Counted from the first letter of the stretch, positions 10,066 through 19,638 are shown. The stretch: 64,000 bases of DNA from Patescibacteria group bacterium (GCA_038064535.1 JBBTSX010000005.1:13051-77050); one strand, 5' to 3'. The notes: generated by a model not told the origin, from the sequence alone. Program-made: numbers and translations.

Positions 10066-10566
10066 ATGCAATTCCAAGTTCCTCAATTTATAGAAGTCGA
10101 AGACAAGATTTTCGGGCCCCTGACCTTCAGGCAGTTCATTTTTATCGCCGGAGGACTCGGAATGGCCTACGTACTGTGGCGATTACTGCCCATTTATTTC
10201 GCCGCGCCGCTCATCCTCGGGGTAGGAGCGCTCGCGGCGGCGCTTGCGTTCTTCCAATTCAACGGCCGCCCGTTTATCATCGCGCTTGAGAATGGTTTTT
10301 ACTACATAATCCGCTCGAAATTGTACCTTTGGAACAACGCTAACAAGAAACGGGCGGTGAAGACAGCCGCAGTCGCCACGAGGAACGATGTGTACATCCC
10401 CAAGATTTCCGACAGCAAACTGCATGAGCTCGCATGGAGCCTCGACATCAAAGAACGTATCGCCGCCGGCACCGCGGGGGACGACGAGCGCGGTAGCGCA
10501 CTCACCGGTGTCCGCACGCCAAAAGAAATCCTGTCGCACATGAGCACACGTACGGTCACGCAATAA
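10066..10566 (+). CDS. PrgI-like small membrane protein (VirB3 analogue of Gram-positive-type T4SS)
   Basis: N-terminus MQFQVPQFIEVEDKIFGPLTFRQFIFIAGG followed by two TM helices is typical of the PrgI family. Positioned just upstream of VirB4. Confidence 0.55.
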   Translation: MQFQVPQFIEVEDKIFGPLTFRQFIFIAGGLGMAYVLWRLLPIYFAAPLILGVGALAAALAFFQFNGRPFIIALENGFYYIIRSKLYLWNNANKKRAVKTAAVATRNDVYIPKISDSKLHELAWSLDIKERIAAGTAGDDERGSALTGVRTPKEILSHMSTRTVTQ

Positions 10567-10569
10567 CCT

Positions 10570-11238
10570 ATGGCAGAAACTCCAATCATGACGCCGCGCG
10601 CAAACGCCAAGTCGACACAGGACTTCGTGCCGATTTCCGAAGTACGCGATGGCGTCGTGGTCCTCAAAGACGGCGGACTGCGCGCGATCCTGCTCGCGTC
10701 GAGTATCAACTTCGCACTCAAGAGCGAGGATGAGCAAACCGCGTTCATCGTGCAATTCCAAAATTTCCTCAACTCTCTCGACTTTTCGGTGCAAATATTC
10801 GTGCAGTCGCGCATGCTGGACATCCGTCCGTACGTCGCGACACTCGAAGCCGCATACAAGGAACAGCTCGACGACCTCATGCGTATCCAAATCCGCGAAT
10901 ATATCGAATTCATCAAGAGTTTCACCGAGGCCGCCAATATCATGACGAAAAACTTCTTCGTCGTCGTGCCGTATTCGCCCGCGGTCATCACGAAGCGCGG
11001 TGGTGCAAGCGCGCTGAATCCGTTCGGCAAAAAACAGACGGCGAGCGAGGCAGACCACTCATTCGAGGAGCAGGTGTCCCAGCTCGAGCAACGCATATCT
11101 ATCGTCCAGCAGGGCCTCGTGCGTACCGGTGTGCGCACCGTGCAACTCGGTACCGAAGAAGCAATAGAGCTACTCTACAAAATGTTCAACCCCGGCGAGG
11201 AGGGAAAACCGATGCCCGTAGAGACAGGGAATAGGTGA
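10570..11238 (+). CDS. hypothetical T4SS-associated protein
   Basis: 222-aa ORF between the PrgI-like and VirB4 genes. Contains a FVPISEVRDGVVVLKDGGLRAILL motif reminiscent of T4SS assembly proteins. Confidence 0.5.
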   Translation: MAETPIMTPRANAKSTQDFVPISEVRDGVVVLKDGGLRAILLASSINFALKSEDEQTAFIVQFQNFLNSLDFSVQIFVQSRMLDIRPYVATLEAAYKEQLDDLMRIQIREYIEFIKSFTEAANIMTKNFFVVVPYSPAVITKRGGASALNPFGKKQTASEADHSFEEQVSQLEQRISIVQQGLVRTGVRTVQLGTEEAIELLYKMFNPGEEGKPMPVETGNR

Positions 11239-11319
11239 TAGGGATTAGGGAATAGTAAAATACAATACACCACCATGCCCTCACTACAACCTACAACCTA
11301 CAACCTATAACCTATTCCT

Positions 11320-13239
11320 ATGGCATTCAGCGACCTTCTTCCGTTCAAGAAAAAAACCGCCGCAGGACCGGATATTTTGCCGGTACTACCCGAAGAAATC
11401 TACCAGACGGGGGTACTCGACCTGCAAGACGTCATCGCGCCGCACGCGCTCAAAGTAAACTCGCGCGAACTCGACTTGGGCGAGAAAATCGCGCGCACCT
11501 TCTTCGTCATCTCATACCCCAGATTCCTCACGACGGGATGGTTTGCCCCCATCATCAACATGGACAAGGTCATCGACATCTCCATCTTCGTACACCCGAT
11601 GGATACCAATGAAATGCTCCGTAAATTCCAGAAAAAAGTCGCCGAGGTGCAGAGCCAGATTTCGACACGCGAGCAGAAGGGGATGGTCCGCGACCCGATG
11701 CTCGACACGGCGTACTCCGACCTCGAACAGTTGCGCGACAGCCTTCAACAGGCGCAGGAGCGCATTTTTGACGTCGGACTCTATCTCACCATCTACGGCA
11801 ACACGCGCGAGGAAATCGACAAAGTGGAGAGCGATGTACGTTCCATTCTCGAGTCGCGTCTCGTGTACATCCGACCCGCGCTCTTCCAGCAGGAACAGGG
11901 CTTCCGCTCCGTCCTGCCGCTGTGCACCGACGAGCTCGACGTGCACACGAAGCTCAATTCCGCGCCGCTCTCGTCCATCTTTCCGTTCATCTCGTTCGAC
12001 CTCACGTCGGACCGCGGCATTCTCTACGGCATCAACCGTCACAATTCGTCTCTGATTCTCTTCGACCGTTTCTCGCTCGAAAACTATAACTCCGTGACAT
12101 TCGCAAAATCCGGCGCCGGCAAAAGCTACACGACAAAACTCGAGATTTTGCGCTCTCTCATGTTTGATACCGAGGTCATCGTCATCGACCCCGAGCGCGA
12201 ATACGAATACCTCGCCGAGACCGTCGGCGGGCGCTACTTCAACATTTCGCTTTCCTCCGAGCACCACATTAATCCTTTCGACCTCGCCATTCCGCGCGAA
12301 GATGAAAATCCGAGCGACGTGCTACGCAACAACATCATCACGCTCGTGGGGCTCTTCCGCATCATGCTCGGCGGGCTCACGCCGGAGGAAGACGCTGTTA
12401 TCGACAAGGCGATAACGGAAACCTACGCGCTCAAAGACATCACCTCGGATACCAACTTCGCGCAGGTCGAGCCGCCGCTTCTCTCCGACTTCGAGCTTGT
12501 ACTCTCCGGCATGGAAGGGAGCGAATCTCTCGTGCAACGTCTCTCCAAATACACCAAGGGCACGTGGTCGGGATTCATGAACCGCCCGACCAATGTTGAC
12601 ATGAACAAAAAACTCGTCGTCTTCTCGGTGCGCGACATGGAAGACGACCTCAAGCCGGTCGCGATGTACATCATTACGCACCACATCTGGAATCAGGTGC
12701 GCAAAGAGCTCCGCAAGCGCCTCCTCGTCATCGACGAGGCGTGGTGGATGATGCGTAGCGAAGACACCGCGTCGTTCCTCTTCTCCATCGCAAAGCGCGG
12801 CCGCAAATACTACCTCGGCATTTCGACCATCACGCAGGACGTCTCGGACTTCTTGAATTCCCCGTACGGTATCCCGATGATAACCAACTCTTCCATCCAG
12901 CTTCTTTTGCGTCAGTCACCGACATCGGTCGACCTTGTGCAGAGCACGTTCAAACTCTCCGACGAGGAGAAATACCTACTGCTCGAGAGTGACGTGGGGG
13001 AGGGCATATTCTTCGCCGGTCTCAAGCACGTCGCGCTCAAGGTCATCGCCTCGTATACCGAAGACCAAATCATCACCTCGGACCCGTCGCAAATTCTCGC
13101 AATCAAAAAAGCGAAGCAGGATCTCGAAAAATCGAGTGATGTCCCTGCGCCGGTGCGCCCCATCGCTCCTCACGCGCCGGGTACCGACACCGCGCCCGCG
13201 CCGCAAGCTCCTTCAAGCAACGCCTTACGGGAGGTATGA
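11320..13239 (+). CDS. virB4: type IV secretion ATPase VirB4/TraC/PrgJ-like
   Basis: Walker A AKSGAGKSYTT. Gram-positive VirB4 N-domain pattern KIARTFFVISYPRFLTTGWFAPIINMDKVIDISIFVHP. Walker B-like LLVIDEAWWMM. Confidence 0.85.
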   Translation: MAFSDLLPFKKKTAAGPDILPVLPEEIYQTGVLDLQDVIAPHALKVNSRELDLGEKIARTFFVISYPRFLTTGWFAPIINMDKVIDISIFVHPMDTNEMLRKFQKKVAEVQSQISTREQKGMVRDPMLDTAYSDLEQLRDSLQQAQERIFDVGLYLTIYGNTREEIDKVESDVRSILESRLVYIRPALFQQEQGFRSVLPLCTDELDVHTKLNSAPLSSIFPFISFDLTSDRGILYGINRHNSSLILFDRFSLENYNSVTFAKSGAGKSYTTKLEILRSLMFDTEVIVIDPEREYEYLAETVGGRYFNISLSSEHHINPFDLAIPREDENPSDVLRNNIITLVGLFRIMLGGLTPEEDAVIDKAITETYALKDITSDTNFAQVEPPLLSDFELVLSGMEGSESLVQRLSKYTKGTWSGFMNRPTNVDMNKKLVVFSVRDMEDDLKPVAMYIITHHIWNQVRKELRKRLLVIDEAWWMMRSEDTASFLFSIAKRGRKYYLGISTITQDVSDFLNSPYGIPMITNSSIQLLLRQSPTSVDLVQSTFKLSDEEKYLLLESDVGEGIFFAGLKHVALKVIASYTEDQIITSDPSQILAIKKAKQDLEKSSDVPAPVRPIAPHAPGTDTAPAPQAPSSNALREV

Positions 13240-14282
13240 AACGGCTCGCGCTCGCAGTCGTTGTTATCGTATGCGCGGTCGCTCCCGCGTATCTGCCCGC
13301 GCAGGCGCGCGCCCAGTTCTCGATTCCGGGCGCGGAAAGCGTTCTCTCTATTTCGTTCTCTCCACAGTATCCGGCCCCGCAGAGCACTGTCAGACTCACT
13401 CTGCAGAGTTCGCTGTACGACCTCGGCTCGAGCTCTGTTACATGGACGGTCAACGGGCAAGAGGTGGCTCAAGGAGACGCGGTAACGTTCATCGACGTGA
13501 AGACAGGCTCGCTCGGAAGCAAGACCGAGGTACAGGCCGACATCACAAGTGCGGGCGGCACGGCTTTTGCTACCGCGACCGTGGTTCCGACCTCCATCGA
13601 CCTCCTGTGGGAATCCGACTCGTACGTCCCTCCTTTTTACAACGGTCGCGCACTGCCGTCCGCGGGTTCTCGCGTGCACCTTGTCGCGCTCACACATTTT
13701 GTGCGTCCGGACGGCGGAGAAATCCCCGCGAACCAGATTGTTTTCACATGGACAAGGGATAGCGAAGTTCTGGGCAACCTCTCCGGCCGCGGTAAATCAT
13801 CGATAACAGTCGACGGACCGACCCTCTTCGGAACGGAGACGATTGTAGTGGAAGCGGCGTCCGTCGACGGAAGCATTGCGGGGCAGGCACTTCTGCGCAT
13901 TCCCGATACGGAGCCGAGGCTTATGCTGTACGAAGACCATCCGCTGTTCGGGGTGCTCTACCATCAGGCGCTTGGCGTCACCACGTTCGTGCCGAAAAAC
14001 GAAATGTCGTTCATCGCAATTCCGTACTTCGCCTCCGCCGTCTCCTCCGGCGACACGGGTTTGCAATACGAGTGGCAGGTCAATCAAAGTTCCGTCACCA
14101 CCAACGCGGCGTACAGCAACGAAATAACCGTCAACGCCGCCTCGTCTACCGGACTTATGGCACTCATCAATCTCTCGCTCACGCATGTGTCGAATTATTT
14201 CCTGAGTGCTGCGGGCTCGTGGAGCGTTACGTTCAACAAGAGTAGCGCCGGTTCATCCGGCGGGGACGTCTTTCATCAATAA
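13236..14282 (+). CDS. hypothetical secreted protein (signal peptide)
   Basis: 348-aa ORF, ATGA overlap with virB4. N-terminal MKRLALAVVVIVCAVAPAYLPAQA. Confidence 0.55.
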   Translation: MKRLALAVVVIVCAVAPAYLPAQARAQFSIPGAESVLSISFSPQYPAPQSTVRLTLQSSLYDLGSSSVTWTVNGQEVAQGDAVTFIDVKTGSLGSKTEVQADITSAGGTAFATATVVPTSIDLLWESDSYVPPFYNGRALPSAGSRVHLVALTHFVRPDGGEIPANQIVFTWTRDSEVLGNLSGRGKSSITVDGPTLFGTETIVVEAASVDGSIAGQALLRIPDTEPRLMLYEDHPLFGVLYHQALGVTTFVPKNEMSFIAIPYFASAVSSGDTGLQYEWQVNQSSVTTNAAYSNEITVNAASSTGLMALINLSLTHVSNYFLSAAGSWSVTFNKSSAGSSGGDVFHQ

Positions 14283-14288
14283 CGTCGT

Positions 14289-15506
14289 ATGCCAGCTTCA
14301 CACCATTTATTCAGGTACGCGGTTGCCGCCGTCATCGTGATGGTGCTCGGTGGGCTTCTCGGTTGGTATGTATTTGTGCGTTCGCAGGTCAGGACGACAC
14401 AGGCAAACGACAGCGCGCGCGGCTTCGGCACGGCCGCATCGTTCGGGTCGCCTGCAGGAAGCACGTACACAAACTCCGCCGGGTCTGTTCCTTCGACTGA
14501 CATACAGTCCGCGTCCGGTAATCCGGCGCCGCGTCTCTGGAAAGTAACCGCGACGCCGGTTGCCGGTGCGGGCTTTGCCGCGTCTTCGACCCAACTGTAC
14601 TTCGCCGAGCGTTCGTCGGGCAATGTCTTACTCGCGGACCCGTCCGTATCCTCGGTGACCCGCCTCACGAATACATTGTTCCCGAAGGTATACGACGCGC
14701 TATTCGCATCCGACGGCTCCGTCTTGCTCCGCTCGGCGACGGACGCGGGCATTGTCACCACCTACGCCGGCACGATAAGCACGACGACTGCCGAGGGTCC
14801 CGTACCGCTCGCCGGTACCTATTTGCCGCAACACATCAAAGCGGTGAGCGTGCGCTCTCCGCAACAACTGTTCTTTCTCGTGGCTACGCCCACGGGCGGC
14901 ACTGCCGGTGTCACGGCAAATTGGAAGGGTGCGTCGCAAAAACCCGTCTTCGCTTCCACGCTACAGCAATGGCGTGTGTGGTGGCTCTCCGACGGACGCA
15001 TGTATGTCGCGCAACAGCCGTCCGACGGTATCATGGGGTACGCATTCACGCTCAAGGGTGGCGCACTGCAAAGCCTCGTGAGCGCCCCCGGTCTCTCGAT
15101 ATTGCCGCGCACCGGTTCTACCGCGCTCATCTACAGCAGTTCGGCCGGCGGCGTAAACCTGTTCGGGCAGACTTCGGCAAGCACCACGCCGGTGCGGTTT
15201 ACCGTTCGTACTCTTGCCGAGAAGTGTGTCTGGGCCCCCGGCAAAGATCTCGTTGCCTACTGTGCAGTGCCGCAGGTTCTGCCTACGAGAGCCGGTTATA
15301 TGGAAGAATGGTACCGCGGCGCGACGCACACGTCGGATGCGTGGTGGAAGGTAGACGTATCCGCCGGCACCGCACAAAGCCTGTTCACACCTGACTCCGG
15401 CACCTCGTTCGACGTTGAGCGTCCTGCCATTGACGGCAACGGCAGTTATATCGCTTTCATGAACGCCGCCGACAAATCACTCTGGATGCTTCGCATAACA
15501 CCATGA
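14289..15506 (+). CDS. hypothetical membrane-anchored extracellular protein
   Basis: 405-aa ORF with one N-terminal TM helix; overlaps the next gene by 4 nt. Confidence 0.55.
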   Translation: MPASHHLFRYAVAAVIVMVLGGLLGWYVFVRSQVRTTQANDSARGFGTAASFGSPAGSTYTNSAGSVPSTDIQSASGNPAPRLWKVTATPVAGAGFAASSTQLYFAERSSGNVLLADPSVSSVTRLTNTLFPKVYDALFASDGSVLLRSATDAGIVTTYAGTISTTTAEGPVPLAGTYLPQHIKAVSVRSPQQLFFLVATPTGGTAGVTANWKGASQKPVFASTLQQWRVWWLSDGRMYVAQQPSDGIMGYAFTLKGGALQSLVSAPGLSILPRTGSTALIYSSSAGGVNLFGQTSASTTPVRFTVRTLAEKCVWAPGKDLVAYCAVPQVLPTRAGYMEEWYRGATHTSDAWWKVDVSAGTAQSLFTPDSGTSFDVERPAIDGNGSYIAFMNAADKSLWMLRITP

Positions 15507-15928
15507 CATCGCTTCGTTCACACGTTCGTGTCGCCCTCGCGTTACTCGCGTTTTGTATCGTATTCGTCGCCGCGGCTGTACACGCAGAGGCACCGCTGTG
15601 CGACGGGAAGGGTTTCTGTGCGCTTGCGATTCCTCCCACCTCGTCAAAACTGGGACAGCTCTATGGCACGACAAGCCTCGCCGGATTTCTCAACGGCCTC
15701 TTTACCGCCGCAATTTCCATCGGCGCGATACTCGCGGTGCTCAGAATTGCCTACGCGGGATATGAATACATGACGAGCGATGCGTGGGGGAACAAAGCGC
15801 GCGCAAAAGAAATCATCGGTGACGTTGTCCTCGGATTGATGCTCCTCCTCGGCACGTACCTGATTCTCAACCAAATCAATCCGCAACTGCTCAACTTAAA
15901 TATTCTGCAAAACCTCGGGGGCAAGTAG
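15503..15928 (+). CDS. T4SS pilin-like small protein (signal peptide plus two TM helices)
   Basis: 141 aa with a cleavable signal peptide, a conserved Cys pair and two hydrophobic helices. Architecture matches conjugative/CPR-type T4SS pilins. Confidence 0.45.
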   Translation: MTSLRSHVRVALALLAFCIVFVAAAVHAEAPLCDGKGFCALAIPPTSSKLGQLYGTTSLAGFLNGLFTAAISIGAILAVLRIAYAGYEYMTSDAWGNKARAKEIIGDVVLGLMLLLGTYLILNQINPQLLNLNILQNLGGK

Positions 15929-15933
15929 ACCGG

Positions 15934-16437
15934 TTACTCCGTCGAATACTTGATGACGACGCGGCGATTTCGCCCCTCTCCTTGTGATTCTGTTTTTACG
16001 TTCGGTGCATCTTGAAGCGTTGTGTGAATAATGAGGCGCTCATAGGCACTCATCGGCGTGAGCTCCACGTCGTATTGAAAAGAGCGTGCGCGCTCCGCGA
16101 GCATGAGCGCTTTGGTCTGCAAATCTTTTATCTGCTTCGCGCGGTAGTCGTTGATGTCAACGAGGAACATCGGACTATCCGCTCCCTCTACGAGCGGTTG
16201 CCGCTTTTCCAAAATCTTTTTCACGAGCATGTCGAGCGCGTAAATGGTGTCGCCGTGCGCGCCGATGAGCGTACGCGCATCATCGGTCTCTATCGTGAAA
16301 ATGGTCTGGCCGGCGATTTCGGTGCGGGTGACACCCTTGTAGGAAACACCGAGCGCGGTCAACATCTCTTTGAGGATTGTTTCGACAGTGTCGGCGTACG
16401 TGTCCACCCCGTTAGAAGCTGACGTTGATTGGGTCAT
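15934..16437 (-). CDS. jag: RNA-binding protein Jag/KhpB (KH + R3H domains)
   Basis: Position downstream of yidC. C-terminal R3H-like region. ORF track start 16491 lies inside a palindromic element; start re-picked at the Met at 16437. Confidence 0.8.
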   Translation of the reverse strand: MTQSTSASNGVDTYADTVETILKEMLTALGVSYKGVTRTEIAGQTIFTIETDDARTLIGAHGDTIYALDMLVKKILEKRQPLVEGADSPMFLVDINDYRAKQIKDLQTKALMLAERARSFQYDVELTPMSAYERLIIHTTLQDAPNVKTESQGEGRNRRVVIKYSTE

Positions 16438-16488
16438 AAAAAATTGTTGTCCCACCGAGAGTCGCTCCGGGGAGCTTCTAACGGGGTC
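16406..16488. repeat. palindromic intergenic element, copy 4 (ACCCCGTTAGAAGCT ... AGCTTCTAACGGGGT) between yidC and jag, enclosing the jag start
   Basis: 18-nt perfect arms including the ATG/CAT. Confidence 0.85.
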
Positions 16489-16532
16489 CATTGGGGCACT
16501 ATACGCTATTTTCCCGCGCCGTGCGAATACCC

Positions 16533-17273
16533 CTATGTTGAGCCCTTTTTTGAGTGTCCAAAGCGGCGACCGGTCATGAGCTCCTGCGCAATCATAAAGA
16601 TGTTGCCGGTAATCCAGTAGAGCGGCGCGGCTGCGGCTATGAAGTAGGCGATAACTCCGACCATCACAGGAAGCATGTAGCGGGCCTGCAAATCGAAGCT
16701 TCTCGCCATGTCGTTGCTGAACGAGGCTTCGGTCGCCGTCTTTTCTCCGCGCGGCCCCATGGAGAGGCGCGTGTAGATGAACTGCGCGACGACCGCGAGC
16801 ACGGCAAGCACGAGCGAGCGACTCGACATGTTGATGAGACCGAGAAATTCCATATTCACGGCATCCGGTACTGTGACGAACGGGTAGAGGATGACTGTGT
16901 GTATTTCGGGCAATCCGCCGAGCGCGAATACCCAGTAGAGGCCGAGCAGTATGGGGAGTTGAATGAGAATGAGCAAAAAGCCGGAGAACGGTTTGACCCC
17001 CCGCTCACGGTACAGTGCAAAGATTGCCTTGCTTTGCTCTTCGGGCTTATCTTTGAGTCTTTTCTTGAGCTCTTCGACCTCGGGAGCGACCTCTTTCATT
17101 TTCATCTGTGTCTTGATGGCGCTCCTCGATAGCGGATAGAGCACGATGCGGACAATAATGGTCACGATGATGACGGCGATACCGACATCGTGAGTCGGTA
17201 GAATGCCTACAAAATAAACAAGCCCGTTGTATATCGGGTTGTAGACGAGCGTGTCGAATACGGCGCTTATCAT
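16533..17273 (-). CDS. yidC: membrane protein insertase YidC (short form)
   Basis: Multi-TM protein in the conserved rpmH-rnpA-yidC-jag arrangement. Confidence 0.85.
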   Translation of the reverse strand: MISAVFDTLVYNPIYNGLVYFVGILPTHDVGIAVIIVTIIVRIVLYPLSRSAIKTQMKMKEVAPEVEELKKRLKDKPEEQSKAIFALYRERGVKPFSGFLLILIQLPILLGLYWVFALGGLPEIHTVILYPFVTVPDAVNMEFLGLINMSSRSLVLAVLAVVAQFIYTRLSMGPRGEKTATEASFSNDMARSFDLQARYMLPVMVGVIAYFIAAAAPLYWITGNIFMIAQELMTGRRFGHSKKGST

Positions 17274-17318
17274 AATTCAACGATTGTATACCGTATCCCG
17301 CCGCGCGTACACAGTAAG

Positions 17319-17600
17319 CTAACAGCGGCTGATGAGCGCAGCGATATCGTCGCGGATATCCGCGAACGAGGCTCCGGCGGCATCACGCTTGGCGACGAAT
17401 ACATACGTGCCGGCGGGAGCGACGCCGAGATGCTTGAGAAGGGAAGCGCGGAAGCGGCGTTTGATGAGATTGCGGTCGACGGCTTTCGCGGCGACTTTCT
17501 TGGAAACGACTATGCCGAAGCGCGCGGTTTTGCCGCCGGAGGTGGCCGAAACGGAGAAAAAAGCTCCGCTCACGCGACGAGCGGCTCGAGTGTTCCTCAT
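17319..17600 (-). CDS. rnpA: ribonuclease P protein component RnpA (short)
   Basis: Motif ARFGIVVSKKVAAKAVDRNLIKRRFR. Start re-picked at the Met just after the rpmH stop; ORF track 17319..17807 over-extends into rpmH. Confidence 0.75.
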   Translation of the reverse strand: MRNTRAARRVSGAFFSVSATSGGKTARFGIVVSKKVAAKAVDRNLIKRRFRASLLKHLGVAPAGTYVFVAKRDAAGASFADIRDDIAALISRC

Positions 17601-17632
17601 TTCTGCTCCGGTGAGACGGTGCTTGGGAGGCA

Positions 17633-17767
17633 TTACACGGAAAGGCGGGCGCGACCTTTGCGACGGCGGCGCTGTAAGAGCTTGCGGCCTGTCGGCGTGG
17701 AGCTCCTCACGCGGAACCCATGCGTCTTCTGGCGCTTGCGCTTTTTCGGCTGGTACGTGCGTTTCAT
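17633..17767 (-). CDS. rpmH: 50S ribosomal protein L34
   Basis: Hand translation of the minus strand: [44 protein letters not shown]. Not in the ORF track because it is shorter than the cutoff. Confidence 0.9.
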   Translation of the reverse strand: MKRTYQPKKRKRQKTHGFRVRSSTPTGRKLLQRRRRKGRARLSV

Positions 17768-17830
17768 GACCCGAACTATACGGGTAAATGCACCGAATTA
17801 CAAGCATTTTTCTCTTTCCACCTCAAACAA

Positions 17831-17932
17831 GGACGGTTGCGTGCGTTTGCCGTGTTCGCAGCCGCGTCGGCGGCGAGATTCAGCGCTGCGCGAGCACGCG
17901 CAGACAGCGACGGCAAACGCACGCAACCGTCC
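17831..17932. repeat. perfect 23-bp inverted repeat (GGACGGTTGCGTGCGTTTGCCGT / ACGGCAAACGCACGCAACCGTCC) with a 56-nt loop containing nested palindromes, in the rpmH-dnaA intergenic region
   Basis: Read directly from the sequence; cruciform/long hairpin capable. Confidence 0.8.
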
Positions 17933-17950
17933 GCCGCACTTCTCCCCACT

Positions 17951-17959
17951 TTATCCACA
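17951..17959 (+). promoter_or_regulatory. perfect DnaA box TTATCCACA upstream of dnaA
   Basis: Exact consensus 9-mer about 90 bp upstream of the dnaA ATG. Confidence 0.7.
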
Positions 17960-17992
17960 CGTTGTTCACCCCATCCGGAAAATCGCGAACGC

Positions 17993-18020
17993 TTCACGGA
18001 AGACAAACGGCGCGTATAAT
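17993..18020 (+). promoter_or_regulatory. putative dnaA promoter: -35 TTCACG, about 16-nt spacer, -10 TATAAT
   Basis: Sigma70-like hexamers about 30 bp upstream of the dnaA start at 18050. Confidence 0.45.
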
Positions 18021-18049
18021 GTCTGAGCTTACGACATGCGCATGACACT

Positions 18050-19399
18050 ATGACGACAAACAGAGAATTATGGCAAAATGCGCTCGTTCAGATCGAATTG
18101 GGAACATCGCAGGCATCGTTCCGCACGTGGTTCAGGAACACCGACATCGCCTCGCGCGATACGGGCACCGTCCAGGTGGCTGTCCCGTCAAAAATCGTGA
18201 AAGAATGGCTCATGGAGAAGCACCACAAGCTCATACTGAAGGCGCTCCGCGGTCTCGACAACACCGTACGAACCGTTGAGTACGTCGTGCACCGCACACC
18301 ACCTTCGGCAGAGCGTAAGGTGCCGCGTCCTCAGCCGGCGGAAAATGCTTCATTCGATCTTCAGTCTCTTTATATAGACAAGCGCGACAATTTAAACCCG
18401 AGGTATACGTTCGAAACCTTCGTCGTGGGTCCGTTCAACCAACTCGCGCACGCAGCGGCAAAGGCCGTGCTCGAACGACCGGGTCTTGCATACAATCCGC
18501 TTTTCATCTATGGGCAAACCGGCCACGGTAAGACGCACCTCATCCAAGCGGTAGGGAACTATTTCAAAAAATCGCACGCAAACAAAAAAGTGCTGTATGT
18601 TACCTCGGAGCGGTTTGCCGTTGATTACATTAATTCGGTGCGCGCGGGTCGCGCCAACAGCTTCAAAGACCAGTACCGGCAGTACGACGTACTCATCATG
18701 GACGACGTGCAGTTCATCGCCAACACGGAAAAGACACAGGAGGAATTGTTTCACCTGTTCAACGCGCTTCACGACAACAACAAGCAAATCGTGTTCTCCA
18801 GCGACAAGCACCCGACACTGCTCCCCGGATTTGAAGACCGGCTCAAAGGGCGCTTCTCGGCCGGCATGATAGCGGAGATACCGGAGCCGGACGTGGAGTC
18901 GAGAATTGCCATAATTAAAGCCAAGATAGAGCAACACGGCTTCTCGCTTCCCGACGACATCATCCAGTACATCGCCGAGAACGTGCGCGGCAACATCCGC
19001 GAGCTTGAGGGTGCACTCAATATGATTGTCTGCAAGTCACAGCTCAAAGGCAAGGCGATATCGCACGCCGACGTGCGCGCGCTCATCAAACACAACGTGA
19101 AGCCAAACAGGGGTGTCTCCGTTGACGAAGTGGTACGGAGAATCGCGCAGTACTACGAGATACCGGAGAAGAGCATCTACGAGAAGACCCGTAAGAAGGA
19201 GGTGGTGAAACCGCGCCAGATTATTATGTACATGTTGCGCGAAGAATTCAGTGTCTCGTACCCCTCGATAGGGGAGAAGCTCGGTGGACGCGACCACACG
19301 ACGGTCATTCACTCGTGTGAAAAAATAAAAGAGGAGTTGAAAATGAACAATTCGCTTGAGCAGGAGATCGACCACATCCGCACACTCATTCACGCATAA
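18050..19399 (+). CDS. dnaA: chromosomal replication initiator protein DnaA
   Basis: AAA+ Walker A GQTGHGKTHL. Box VII and C-terminal DNA-binding helix GGRDHTTVIHSCEKI. Confidence 0.95.
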   Translation: MTTNRELWQNALVQIELGTSQASFRTWFRNTDIASRDTGTVQVAVPSKIVKEWLMEKHHKLILKALRGLDNTVRTVEYVVHRTPPSAERKVPRPQPAENASFDLQSLYIDKRDNLNPRYTFETFVVGPFNQLAHAAAKAVLERPGLAYNPLFIYGQTGHGKTHLIQAVGNYFKKSHANKKVLYVTSERFAVDYINSVRAGRANSFKDQYRQYDVLIMDDVQFIANTEKTQEELFHLFNALHDNNKQIVFSSDKHPTLLPGFEDRLKGRFSAGMIAEIPEPDVESRIAIIKAKIEQHGFSLPDDIIQYIAENVRGNIRELEGALNMIVCKSQLKGKAISHADVRALIKHNVKPNRGVSVDEVVRRIAQYYEIPEKSIYEKTRKKEVVKPRQIIMYMLREEFSVSYPSIGEKLGGRDHTTVIHSCEKIKEELKMNNSLEQEIDHIRTLIHA

Positions 19400-19638
19400 T
19401 GTCGCCGATAACCCTGTGGACAAACCCTGCGTAGAGCACTCACAACACACCGAACAACATCATGATAACTTCACCAAACAGTATCCGGAGTGAGTTGTCC
19501 CCGTTCTCTGCACATTTCGCACATCAGTTCTCAACAGTTCAAAATATCCAAACCACCTAATCAAACATTCACTTTAATTCACTTCTCCACATTATCCCCA
19601 GTACTAATAGAAGTAATAGTATTTAAATAAGAAAAGGT
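19400..19638. promoter_or_regulatory. oriC-like region between dnaA and dnaN: degenerate DnaA boxes (TGTGGACAA, TTATCCCCA, ATATCCAAA) and an AT-rich unwinding-element-like stretch at 19600-19640
   Basis: One-mismatch DnaA boxes plus TAATAGAAGTAATAGTATTTAAATAAGAAAAGG immediately before dnaN. Confidence 0.5.
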
